A DNA stretch of 64,000 nucleotides. It comes from Lama guanicoe. Taxonomy: Eukaryota. Below, in pieces: positions 50,501 to 62,775 of the stretch (positions are counted from its first letter, which is position 1; every line of letters begins with the position of its first letter). The DNA is taken from assembly GCA_013239625.1 (NCBI GenBank), contig MU054187.1:5467757-5531756 (forward strand), written 5' to 3'. Both the position numbers and the translations under genes were made by a program. The notes under the pieces are model-generated. The model had not been told where the DNA came from, did not search any database, and saw nothing but the letters and a program-made list of their open reading frames with translations.

Positions 50501-53179
50501 ACTTTGTATGATTCCTGTATCTTCTTTAAGATCAGTGTCTGGAATTAGTTGAAGCTCAAAGAAATGTAATATTCCCTAATCTTTTCTAAATGAATGAGTC
50601 CCCGATGGGCTGTATCAACACAGGCCCAGAGAGGGGACTGACCTAAAGAGAAAAACATTTGTATATGTATATTTTTATTGGCATCTATGTGAGCACACTC
50701 ACACACAAACACAAGACACATTGCTATCCACATATCAGCTAGAAAGATGGAGCAGAAAAGCAATGTAAAGACACAAGGACCCTAGGGAAGTGAGGATGGG
50801 GCTGACGGTCTGGGATGAAGATGTCTTGAAAATGCAGTGCAGAAGGAATTGCTCTGCCACCTATTTCTAACTTCCACTAGTACTATTTTTCTCTTGTTTC
50901 CTTTCTTAACATCAAAGTTTTTCTCTGGTCATATAAAGAAACATTTTTCTATCTTTGTTGCTACAAAAACATTTGGGTGTGTATAATGTGATTACAAATG
51001 CGATCTATATGTAGCTATCTAGAGAAACAGCCTGTATCTCCAAATTTACGCTCTTGATTAAGATCACTTTGATTTGTAATCTAGGGGCACTGCTGTTCTG
51101 AAGCTGTCAGGTTTTGCAAGAGGAATATTCTGCTTTTTATATTTCATTCTTTCTCTGCCTCTTCTTGCACCTTCTTTTGCTTTTTCCCCCCATATTTGAC
51201 TGACAGTCAATCCTTCCAAGCGCCCACTTTTAAGCAGTCGTTCTATTAGAAAATCCTTCACTCTTTTGGAAATTATATTTAAATTAAACACAGCTGGGTC
51301 TCCTACAACTCAGGGCATATCTATACCTGACTAAATTTAATATAACAGCATCTACCACAAACTGTCAACACTTGGGTCAACGTTAGACATGAGATGCATG
51401 TGTTTCTAGTCTGCGCACACGCCGTCTTTCCTTGCTAGCTTTCAAAAGCTCTAGAGACTAAGGATTGAAAAGGAAAATAACTGAAAAGAATCCTTATTAG
51501 AATATTTTTTAAAAGAAAATAATTAAGAAAAGTAAATTGATTCATTTTTGTAGAAAATAAGACAAGCTTGGGAAATGGAGGCACTGAATCCACTAATGAA
51601 GACTTATCTATAATAAAGGGCCTAAATTTATTAATAGAGATCTGGACTATCAGATTATCCTCCAAAACAGCTTGTAGTAGAAGACAAAGAAGAGGAACCT
51701 CCCAAACCATTCTCCAAATGCACTGTCTTCAGGAATAAGGAAGAACTTTAAGATTCTGTAGATTAAAATGAAAGAGCATAACCAACCACAGATGACATTA
51801 GATTTCAGCCAACACCCTGATATAATCTAGAAATTAAAGATGCGCTGTATGTTCTCAAATGGAAAGACAACCATGTTAGCATAGAGAGTCCAGGTGATTT
51901 ATAATATTATATAATATTCATGCTGTATGAGAGAATTTTAATTGAATCCTTAATAGCTTTTGGAACAGAGACCTCAAACTGTACTGGTCAATATGAAATG
52001 CAAGATTTAGCAGAAGAGTCTAATTTTCATTAATGAATAAATGAGCCATCAAATATCTAAATGTGGCAGTGCTTAAGGATTCTGGCTTTAAGAGAGTAGA
52101 CTGATCACATCCACCCCCAGCAGGCTCACCTCCTGCACCAAATCCTATAAATGATATAAATGTAGCATTGCTTAAAACTGAGATAAATAATCTTAGTGGT
52201 TCAGAAGATGGGAGAAATCTGTAACAGACTGAGAACAGAACAGTTGGGCATGCCTCCCAGCTGAACGTGTTCTAGACTATAGGACTGCACTGACCCAGAA
52301 GCTTAAACAAATTTGAGCACGACCACAACAGTAGAATCAATGATCGAGGACTTCCAGAGACGCAAGCAGGGTGATCAACTTGAATAACAAAGTGGGAGAA
52401 ACCAAAAATAGAGATTTTGCCATACCATCCCTTAACACCTGGGCCAAACAGGAGGGTATGGGGTATCTTACTCTGAGATGGATTATTTATTGTGGAAGTT
52501 GGAAGAAGAGAAACAAGGCAGTGATCACATTGCATATCCTGTCTACCACCGTTCCCCGAGCACAGTGTGGCCCATAACCCTTCACGTATTTCCCAGACCT
52601 CCCATAGGCTGTCCACGTAGATTCTATGAGAGGCAAAAATCCTCAAATGCAAACTGGAATACAGAATACAAAACCGCTCAACATTTGAGATGTAGCGTCA
52701 ATATGAAATATCAGCAAAAATAAATGTGAACAATAAATAATGTGGTGGCTTAAACTCACCTAAATCATGAAACCCTCACTCTGAACTTACATCCTGTTAA
52801 CTGATAATTACAAGAGACACACTTAAAACCAAATAAAAATAGGAAAACTGAAAATATTAGAGTGGAGAATTTAGGTTATATATTATGGAATAAATACATT
52901 ATTTATCACTGATCTCTACATGAAAATCCCTCAAAAAATAGAAAGAATAAAGTAGGTATAATAGACAAAGAGAACACTGGGAAGAGCCATCAACAAGTTT
53001 TTTGAAGGTAGACAGTGGGGAGGAAGAGGTTTCAGATGAATTAAGAAGAGTGACCATCAGGTGCCTCTATAGTGTGGCGCTGATAAGAAGTAAGCCAATG
53101 ACACAACAAACCCCTCAGATGGCTCAGGAATTGGAGACAGGAGAAACTGTGTAAGGCACGAAGGCTAGTAGAAAATTGA

Positions 53180-53290
53180 GTAAGGAGAAGCATAAGAAAT
53201 CTATTATCCATGAAAAAATTTTCAAAACTGATTAAGATTATCAACTAACATTTCAAGAAACTCCATAAAACCCAAACAGGGTAAAAGCAG
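53180..53290 (+). mobile_element. Old L1 ORF1 fragment (52150-53180 may be degraded L1 5' region)
   Basis: aaaattttcaaaactgattaagattatcaac...caagaaactc...aaacccaaacagg. Confidence 0.55.
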
Positions 53291-53333
53291 CCATCTCCCC
53301 CTTCGGAAAAATTTTATCCCTCCCTTTACCTCC

Positions 53334-53649
53334 TGTAGTAAAGTTTGTTGGCTTGTTGGAACTCTTGACTCAGAGTTCTCGCTAAATGCCTAAAACTGGT
53401 GCACTTGTGATTTGGTGAAGCGACAATCCAATGGCGTCCGGTGGACTTCAACACCCTGTGCGAGCTGGGATTCGAGGAAACAGTACAATTCTGATGATCT
53501 GGTTACTCTCATTGCTGTGAGTAAAAGTTCTATATCTATCTCTGAGTCAGGAATTGTGTGTCTTCTCCCAACATCCATGAAGCTATGGCAGCCTAACTTG
53601 CTAGCTTGCAAAGAAGGGCAAAGTCTCAGATCTTTAATTGTTCTTGACA
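53334..53649 (+). mobile_element. ERVL-class LTR 3' portion (MER54/MER74-like)
   Basis: End gctagcttgcaaagaagggcaaagtctcagatctttaattgttcttgaca; ctcattgctgtgagtaaaag in the poly(A)-signal position. Confidence 0.6.
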
Positions 53650-55465
53650 ATTAAAATCAAATACCATAGACTTGAAGGAAGCAAACAAACATTACTAGAG
53701 ATCATGATATAAAGAGATATTTCCTGAAAGAGTCATCCTAACAGGAAGACATCACAATCTTAAACCTGTAGGGACACACACACACACACACAAAACATCC
53801 ACATTTAACAAAAAAGACCTAATTAAACTACATAGAGCACTGTATCTAATAGTAACATATTGACATTTTCCCCAAGCATACAAGAAACATTTATCAAAGT
53901 ATATCATAAACTAGGGCAAAAAGAAACCCTCAAGAAATTTGAAAAGATTAAAAATGTTTAGATTCTATCTTTTGATCAGATTCTTAATTAACTTGAAAAT
54001 CAATAACAAAAGATGAGTAGAAAAGTTCCATGCATCTGGAAATTAAAGATATATTTCTGAGTGAATCACAGGTCAGAAAAGAAGTCAAAATGGAAATTAG
54101 AAAATATTTTTAAAATAAAAAATGGCAAAGATGCCACATCAAAATTTATGGAATGCAGCTAAAGTAGTATTTTCAAGAACTTTTGGACTTAAATAAATGC
54201 ATAAATATTTGAAAGAGAGGTGCTGAAGGGCAATGCCTCCAACTTCAATGTTAAGATGCTGGAAAAATAATAAGACAAATCTGAGAAAATAGAAAAAGAA
54301 ATAATATAATAACGTAAGTATATAGCATAGACAAAGTAAAGATAATACACAGTAAACAGAATACACAAAACCAAAAATCACTTTTTGTAAAAGATATTGA
54401 TTTAAAAAAAACCTTAGCAAAACTGATCTATCAAAGAAGAGAAAATATAAATTATCAATATCACAAATGAAAAGTAAACATTGTATATAGATACTCCACA
54501 CTTTTAAAGAAAATTAGTATATAGTATATCAATAAAGTTGATAACTTGTAAGAAATAAGTAAAATCTTCACTAAGAAAATAACTTCCCAAGATGATAGAT
54601 GAAATAAAAAATCTAAATAAGCCTATGCATACTAAAGAAATTGAATCTGTTATTAAAATTCTTGTCAATAAAAAAAAAATCAAGACTACTTGGCTTCAGC
54701 AGCTGATTTATTCTAGAAATTTAAGGAAGAAATAACATGCCCTAAATTCTTCCAGTGAATAGCAAAATAGGGAAACTTCATAACACTCTTTACGAGAATG
54801 CCAAGATGATCCCAAAACCTCACCAGAACACTAGAAATAAAGGAAAATTACAGACGAAATTTCTTAACTAACACAGATGCAAACACTTTAAACCAGGTAT
54901 AAGAAAAAAGAATCTAGTGATGTATACAAAGTCCAACAGGTGTCAGCTAATAAATGCTTCTGTCATGAATGCAAGTATGATTCAAGGTCAGAAAACAATG
55001 TAACTTACTACATTGAAACAAGACAGAAATCACACATAATCATCTCAATAGATATATAAAATCACTTCATAAAATTTAACATACATTCATGATAAAATGT
55101 CTTAGCAAGGCAGAATGAAAGAAAATGTTCTTGATACTGATAAATAATACCTTTAAAAATCTATAGCAATGGTTATACTCAATGATGAAATATTGAAATC
55201 TTCCCTTGAATAAGATAAGTATGCTTACTCTCACAAAAATTCAGTGTTGTGCCAGAAGCACTAGCCAGTGAAATAAGAAGTAAATAAAAGTTATATGTTT
55301 GTAAAGAAAGAAATGAAATGTCATTATTCACAGGAGTCATGTTTGTTTACCTAGAAAAGTCTAAAATAATCTATAGACAAGCTAGTAGAATTGATAAATA
55401 CAGTAAGTTACTGGATACAAGATGTCCAATGTACATTATTAACTGTATTTCTATACATCAGCCAC

Positions 55466-55503
<38 letters not shown>

Positions 55504-57222
55504 AAAAAAAATTAGAAACATAAAATACCTTGGAAAAATCTAATAAAAGATATATATATCTTTTTACTGAAAATAAAGCATTTTTCAGAGAAAATTTAAA
55601 GGACTTAGATAAATGGAGGGTTATACAATGCTTGTGAACTGAAAGAGTCAATGTTATAAAGATGTCAGTAATCTCCCAATTAAACTGCAGATTCAAGGCA
55701 ATTCCAGCCAATATTTCAGCAATACTTTTGATTGACCAGGTAGTTTTAAAATTCACATGTGGAAATGCAAACGTCTACGATGGCCAAGGCATTTCTGAGG
55801 AAGTAGAAGCAAGCTGGTGGACCAGCATTGCTCAACTCCAAGACCTATTCTGAAGTTTTACTAATTAAGACAATGTGACATTAACCCAAAGATAGACAAA
55901 TATATCTATATCCTGGAACAAAACAGAGTCTAGACACATACATTCAGCCACTGTCTTTCAGCCACAAACATGCCACAAACACGCCACAACAGTGTAACAA
56001 GAGAAAGTCGTCATATTCATAAATGGTGCCAGATGGATTGGATATTCATTGGGGAAAAAAAATGAATCTTGATCCCTTACCTCACCCTGTATGTAAAAAT
56101 CTACTCCAAATGGATTGACGATCTAAATGTCAAACGAGAAACAGTAAAGTTTTCAGAACAAAATAAAAGAAAATATGATCTTAGAATAGGCAAAATGTTT
56201 TTAAGCAGAACACAAAAAGTAATAACAATAAAAGAAAAAATATATAGTTTAATTGAACTATATTAAGATTAAGAGTTTCAGTTCATCACATTACTAAGGG
56301 AGTAAAACAGCAACCACAGAAGCTAGATAAAATATATCCAATGTGTTATACTAATAAAATGTAAAGAAATTCTAAGTTGCTAAGAAAAAGACAGCAAAGC
56401 AATTTTTTAAATGACAGAAGACTTGAATTGATATTTTACAAAGAAGAGTATCGACATGGCAATAAAAATACAAAAAAAAGCTCAACCTTATTAGACATCA
56501 AGTGAAGTGAATGCAAATTAAAAGCACAATGAAATACTACTACACAAGGACCAGATGGAAAATGCCAATTGTCATCCAGAATGTGGATAAACAGACTCCT
56601 CTTACATTGCTGATGACAGTGTGAATTGGCACAAGCATTCAGCAAAACTGTGGCAATGTTTACAAATGCAAACATATGCATTTTTCTCTGACGCAGCAAG
56701 TTTACTCTTAGAGACAGACCCAAGACAAATGCACACAAATGTTCACTAAACCTGAGTAAAATACTCAACATAGCTTTATTCATAATCAACTAAAACTATA
56801 CTGCGTAAACACCGTCACCAGTAGAATTGATAAACACATTGGCATTTATTAATAGCAAATACTGTACAGCAAGAATATGGGTTGAAGTCTCTACAACTAC
56901 ACGCAACAGTATGAATGAAGCTCACATATATAATTGTGAGTAAAAGAAGTCGCGCACATAAGTATATATTCAGTGTGCTTCCATTTATGTCAAGTATTAA
57001 AACAGAGCAAATTAATCTATGTTGTAAGAAGCCAGCATAGTGACTATTCATCCAGGATGTGATACTGACTAGAAGGAAGTAAGGCTTCTGAAGTGATGAT
57101 AACCCAATGTCTTAATCTGGGTGCTGCTTACCTGGTAGGTTTACTTTGTGAAAATTCATCACGCTATATATACTTAAGATTGTGCATTTTTCTTTGTGTC
57201 TATTTTACATCAATAAATTTTC
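53650..57222 (+). mobile_element. L1ME-like ORF2 (endonuclease to C-terminus) and 3' UTR, heavily degraded
   Basis: caggaagacatcacaatcttaaacct, aaatttatggaatgcagctaaagtagta, atcatctcaatagat and aaattcatcacgctatatatacttaaga...catcaataaa. Confidence 0.9.
55467..55511. repeat. Poly(A) run: A35, T, A9
   Basis: Counted directly. Confidence 0.95.
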
Positions 57223-57474
57223 AATTAACAGTTCTTCAGTATTGTAGCCGTGTAAGCAAAAATAACAAGCTACTAAGTTCCTAGAAAAAAACGGTTTTAG
57301 ACCATTTTCTATTAAGCCTTACTTAGTAACAAAAAAGAAAACCAAAATAAATGGACAGCTGTTAAGTGTTAGTGTTTGGGAATTCTGGAAATGGTGAAAA
57401 TGTCCACTTCCTGTTATTTGGCTATCATTTCAATCTATTCCAACTCAATGCACAAAACAAATCTTTCTTATGGC

Positions 57475-57820
57475 CATTGACAAGTTAATTCTTAATTTTC
57501 ATGGAATCAGAATAGCCACGACAACTTAAACAAAATGAAACAAGAAATTTTGTTGTATCAAGCAGCAAGATCAAAAAATTTAAAACCCAAGGATCTTATA
57601 TACACAAGAATGTAGTGTGCCTCTCACATTAGTAAGGAAAAGACACACTTTAAGTTATATTGAGAAAATTAAAAACAAAACAAAATCAAGATAGATCCTT
57701 ACTCATACCATACAAATATAAAATCTAAGTCAATTAATGTCTCAAACATAAGAATGGAAGAAATAGAACCATCCAAGTATTAAAAGAAAAATATGAGCAT
57801 GTGCTTATGATCTTGTAACA
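57475..57820 (+). mobile_element. Old L1 (L1ME) ORF2 3' fragment
   Basis: ttgacaagttaattcttaattttcatgg, agaatagcca and gatccttactcataccatacaaa. Confidence 0.65.
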
Positions 57821-57846
57821 AAAATTTTAAGAGCCATGAAGGCTTT

Positions 57847-58208
57847 TGGACCTTGAGGGCATTATGCTAAGTGAAATAAGACAGACAAAGATAAATACCG
57901 TATGCTCTCACTTATCTGTGGAATCTTTGAAAAAAAAAAAATCCCCACACACCAAAAAAAACCCTGACTCAAAGATACAGAGAACACACTGGTGGCTGCC
58001 AGAGGTCGGGGGTGGGTGGATAGTGAGGGGAGAGAGGTAAAATGGTAAAGATGGTCGAAAGATACAAACGTCTCATTATAGGATAAGGAGGTTCAGGAAT
58101 ATAACGTGCAGCTTGGTGAATATAGTTAGCAATACCATATTGTGTATTTGAAAGTTCCTAAGAGAGTAGATCTTAAAAGTCCTCATTACAGGAAGAAAAA
58201 ATAAGAAA
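57847..58208 (+). mobile_element. L1MA9-like 3' UTR fragment
   Basis: tggaccttgagggcattatgctaagtgaaataag...gagagtagatcttaaaagtcctca. Confidence 0.88.
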
Positions 58209-59609
58209 ATATTTTTTAAAATATGGCATTAACTTGGTAGATTGTCTACAAAGATATAATCATTTCAAATCCTTCTTAGAATTACGTGGATATGAACAAT
58301 ATATACGTATAATTAGAAAGTACAAAATAGTAGGTGGAATCAAACAAAACTCTTAGATAACAACCTAAGTGTTGCAGTCATTTTCCCAACCTGTCCTCTC
58401 TTAATTATTGCTAACAGAAAATCAGGTCCTTCTTTTAAAATGTCACTTTCAAACATGACAACACGGACAGCATGAAATTTGAAGGTAAAGGGACAAACAC
58501 ACTTCTTGTAACTGTTGTGCCTGCCTGAAAAGAAGACCACATCTCTGAATAGGACCTTTTAGATAAAGGCTCTTTTGTCATCTGCCTTTTCCCCTGTGCT
58601 TTACATTCTGGTCTCTTTTCTTCTACCCTTGGAGGATTTCAGGCACAACGGGACCCATTCACTTCCTCTCTGTGCGTCTCTGCTCTCCTTGCAGCCAGCT
58701 GGTTCTTTCCCTAGAATGTTGCAGTATTCAGCCCGGCATTATCTGCTTCGTTTTCCCCCTCTGTTATTCATTTTATCCATTTTCTAATAAGACCAATGAG
58801 AACACAGTTTTCTCAATATAGAAAAAAAAAAGCTTTTTCTTCAATGGCCATTAGTCCTAAATGTTAACAAGGATATGTCATGCCTCGCTGTGAGAGCATG
58901 CCATTCACACCCCAGCTCAGACACACAAGTGCCACTTGTGGGGAGGACACGACACCTGTTTCTAGCAAAATGGGCCGAGTCCACAGTCATTTCACACGTG
59001 TGCTAACAGGCCAAAAACAATCGCCAGTATACATACTTGCAGCTTCTGGGTATTGATTTGACTTTAACAAGTTACATAAAGTGTGTCGTGTCTGCCATCT
59101 TTGTGTTTTATTTCCATGGCTGCTCAGCCCCTCAGTTGTTTTGTAAAATGATGCCACGTTTCCAATGCTGGATTCATCACAGTGAGACAAACAGGTGGTC
59201 TGTCTGCCACAAACCAGCAAGCCAGACTGTTCATTGTGAATTAATCACAAGGAAATACCTGGTTTAGGGCATAGAATCAATCCACTTAGTAAAGAAGTAA
59301 TTTTGTCATCTAAGGCCTTCTTGGAAAACTAAATCATTAGTAAATTGAATCATATGTTTAAAAAGACGAAACAAGCTAACATGACATAAGCACACACTTT
59401 TCATTCCTGGACTTCAAAGGCAAAACGCAGACTGGACTGGAACACCCCACTACTGGTCAGTGCAGGTGCCTTGCGGTTCTGTTTTATTTTATTTTTCTTA
59501 AGTTTAATTTTCTATTTTCACTCATTTCCATTCTCCTACTTACTCTAATTGCTTTAATTCACATCTTTAAAATGAATGCCTTTTTCAAAATATAAAGCTC
59601 CATTTTATC

Positions 59610-59781
59610 TGTATTTTTTAAAATTTTTAAAGATTTATCACTTTTTCTTATTTTATGTATTTATTTTCTGAGAGGGGGTAATTAGGTTTATTTGTTTATT
59701 TTTAGTGGGAGTACCAGGGACTGAACCCAGGACCTCCTGCATGCTAAGCATGCATTCTACCACTGCGCTGTACCGTCCCCC
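59610..59781 (-). mobile_element. tRNA-derived SINE, camelid Vic-1 type
   Basis: Reverse strand gggggtaattaggtttatt...ggactgaacccaggacctcctgcatgctaagcatgcattctaccactgcgctgtaccgtcccc with T-rich tail. Confidence 0.88.
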
Positions 59782-59799
59782 GTTTATATTCTAAGTTGA

Positions 59800-60340
59800 T
59801 ACACTGCTTTGCGCTTGTCTGATGCTTACTCTTCACTTTACGGCAGTCTGGCCCTATTATCGCATGCTTACTACTTCTCACTGTAGCATTGCACTCCTTT
59901 GAAGACTACTATTCTTTTGAATACTGTCATTCATTTCATCATTCTCCGTCCCCTTCAAAATGAATGTCTCGTACATTGAAGGTTTCTTTGCTACTGCAAA
60001 TCACACTGCAGTGAACGTTCTCACCCATATTCATTTGTAACACTTGTGTGAGAGTGTTCTTTCATTCAACAAATACGTACCAAGTTTCTAATAACTGTCT
60101 CGCACTGTTCTCGGCATGTAGGATATATCAGTGAAGAAAAGAAGCTAAAAGCCTGGGCTGCAAGGAGTTTATATTCTAGTGGAATTTTTCTAGAGAATAT
60201 ACCCAGGAAGGGAACTGCAGGATTTTACAGCATACGCATCCTTAATGTCACTAATTAACTGCATCGTCAAGATCCCCTCTGAAAGAGTTTCACCAAGTGT
60301 AAACATGAATAGCATGAGTACCCTTGCTTCTGTGCCCCAA
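59800..60340 (-). mobile_element. L1ME 3' region, interrupted by L2
   Basis: tttgctactgcaaatcacactgcagtgaacgttct, then after the L2, tttctagagaatatacccaggaagggaactgc. Confidence 0.65.
60061..60182 (-). mobile_element. L2a 3' end nested in L1ME
   Basis: ttcattcaacaaata...cactgttct...gatatatcagtgaa...ggagtttatattctagtgg. Confidence 0.8.
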
Positions 60341-60559
60341 ATTTGGTCACCACAGGGAATTGCACAACTCTATAATATTTGGCAACCTAGTAGAAATAAA
60401 ACGGCATATTATTTCTCTAATTTCTGGAATGTTTAGTATTTCTACACAGATCTCTAAATCATGTGGCTTTACCTTTGGGTCAACTGCCTGTTCATAATTG
60501 TTTCCAATTATTTTGCTTTCTTTTTTCTTCTTAAGCATTTTAAAATATTTTTTAGCAGA

Positions 60560-60760
60560 AAATAATAAACATGGGGAAAAAACTAGAAAAAGCACAGCAG
60601 ACCCAAATAAGAAGCAGGAAATAATACATAAATAATAGAAGGACTCAATGGAATAGAGCTAAATGACCACAGTAAAACTTCAAAGATACAACATTTAAAA
60701 TGTGGCACTCTGGGAAAAAAGCATCTAAAATAGATGAAACTTTTTCAAGATGTAACACAT
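60560..60760 (+). mobile_element. Old L1 ORF2 fragment
   Basis: aaaactagaaaaag...aagcaggaaataatacataa...taaaatagatgaaactttt. Confidence 0.5.
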
Positions 60761-60796
60761 GTGACAGAAAGAGATACAATTAAACAAAATTCAAAG

Positions 60797-60890
60797 TTTC
60801 AACAGAAACTTCACAGGCAAGAAAGGAGTGGCATAACATACTCAAAGTACTGGGGGAAAAAATCAAACGTAGAATTCACTACCCAGGAAA
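60797..60890 (+). mobile_element. L1 ORF1 C-terminal fragment
   Basis: Translates STETSQARKEWHNILKVLGEK, matching the L1 ORF1 ARREW..IFKVL motif. Confidence 0.75.
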
Positions 60891-61013
60891 GTTACAATTG
60901 CAAGTTGTGCTAAGGTCGGATTCCCTCTGAAAGACCCCAAAGAAAGTCCAAGGCAAGTAAGGATCAGTTCTGGATTGGCTTCTGTTTTTAAGGAGAAACT
61001 CAAAAGATGCAGG

Positions 61014-61490
61014 TGTAAACGAAAAATACTGCAAACCATATCAGTAAACAAAGAACGCTGGAGCCATCAAGTCATCAGTGGCTGCCGCCACCCCCCAGGG
61101 AAGACAAGCCTGCAGCCCGGCCGCTGCAGCCACTCACAATGGTGCACCCTGAGGGGACTCAGAATAAGAAAGGACAAGACACTGGTCCTAGATGGCTAGG
61201 TGCTTGTCAAAGGAATGAATTCAATGAGCCTAAATGCTTGTTTCCTCCCATACATAGAAAAGCACTGAATTCTGTAACTTGAGATGTCTGGCTTTCTTTA
61301 GATAACAAGTAATCTTTCATTGTTCCAACTACCTGGTCTTTGTTGTAAAGCTCCTATATATCCTAGCTCCTCCCCTACCTCTTCGGAGCAGTCCCTAGGA
61401 GCCATCTGAGGGGCTGTCATGCCAGCTCGAGCCCTCCCGCCAAATAAAACATAACTCAATTTTGAGGCTGCGTATTTATTTCAGTCAACG
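61014..61490 (+). mobile_element. ERV1 solo LTR (MER41-like, cetartiodactyl type) with perfect 4-bp TSD cagg
   Basis: TG start; TATA box cctatatatcc near 61355; AATAAA at 61443-61448; end ttcagtcaacg; cagg on both flanks. Confidence 0.85.
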
Positions 61491-62029
61491 CAGGGATGAA
61501 CTAGGAATTGGGTGCTGTCTTAAATCAAGGTGGCTAAGCCATTGGGTAGTCCTTGTAATTAATGAAACAAGCAAAACAGATCTGGGACACCACTGGGGAG
61601 AAAGCAGCAATCACTCAAAGTAGGTTCTTTACAGCATTTTACAACTGTGGCTTGACCTTGGTAGATACCATGTTGTTAACTTTGCAGCTGACTTTATCTC
61701 TGTGTTGCCTCCCATCCAGATTAATGGTGAGGCTGCTCCTCATTTTTTTAGTTAGAGCTGATATTCACTCCTCAGTCGTAGATAGTTTTTGACTCTCAAA
61801 ACCAAAGAAAACCTTAGTAAGGTGGCCAGAAAGAAGACCACCTTTTTCTTGTTTTTCTCAATTTTATCAAAAACAATCAGAAATAAAATTTAAGAAGAAA
61901 AATGTAAACTAAACGTTAAGAAGAATGAAGGATACTGAATTTTAATTCCATCTAATGATATAGAACATATAAATAAATTATATTGAAAATATCTTACTCT
62001 TAATGGGTAATATTATTATTAATATTGCA

Positions 62030-62670
62030 AAGGTATCAGTTCCCATTAACCTCCACAAAATCAATCCTCAAATTCAAGTCAATTCACACCAAGATTTTGG
62101 GGGGGGGACTTGAAAATACTAACTTTAAAATTCATATGAAAATTGGGTATCTGGGTATCTAAGGTAATTTTTTTTAAAGAAACATAAAAGTAAATTGAAG
62201 AGAAGCACCCGCCATAGTATAAAACCTACAATAAAGTCATGGCAATTAAGTCATGTGGTCTAAGAAGGTGAATGAGCCAACAGTCATAAAAAAGCATAGA
62301 GAGCCCAGGTACAAACTTAGCTAGTCATGCAAACTTGGTAAATAAAATAATTGGCATTACAAATCACTGAGGTTCTTTCACAAGGGAAAGCTGCAAGGGA
62401 AAATGGCTCACTACACAGAGAAAAGTAAAAGTGGATCTCCACCTCACAGCACACACAAAGTTCCAAGTCAGTCAAATACTAGGTGTTAATGCTAACATTC
62501 TAAAGTTAACAGAAGTGGTGCAGAATTCCCTTGTCTCCTCAAAATAAAAAAAAAATTGCTTTTCAACAGGGTAAAAGTGAAAATTTGAGTCCATCCAAAT
62601 TAAGGATTATTCTTTATAAATCATAAACAAAGTAAAGAGATGCGGGAAGTTATTTGCTCCACTGAAAAAT
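62030..62670 (+). mobile_element. L1ME ORF2 3' fragment
   Basis: ctttaaaattcatatgaaa, atagagagcccag and gtggatctccacctcacagcacacacaaa. Confidence 0.7.
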
Positions 62671-62775
62671 TTTAAAAATAATATAAAATAATTTATATTG
62701 ATATAAATATATATACATTATTCAATAACTATTTATATTTAATATATTATACTAATATTATAAAATAATAAAGAA
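62670..62775. repeat. AT-rich low-complexity tract
   Basis: Almost exclusively A/T. Confidence 0.8.

Noticed and set aside
61014..61490. Interferon-inducible (STAT1/GAS) enhancer role for the MER41-like LTR
   Set aside because: No TTCnnnGAA motif found by eye in this copy.
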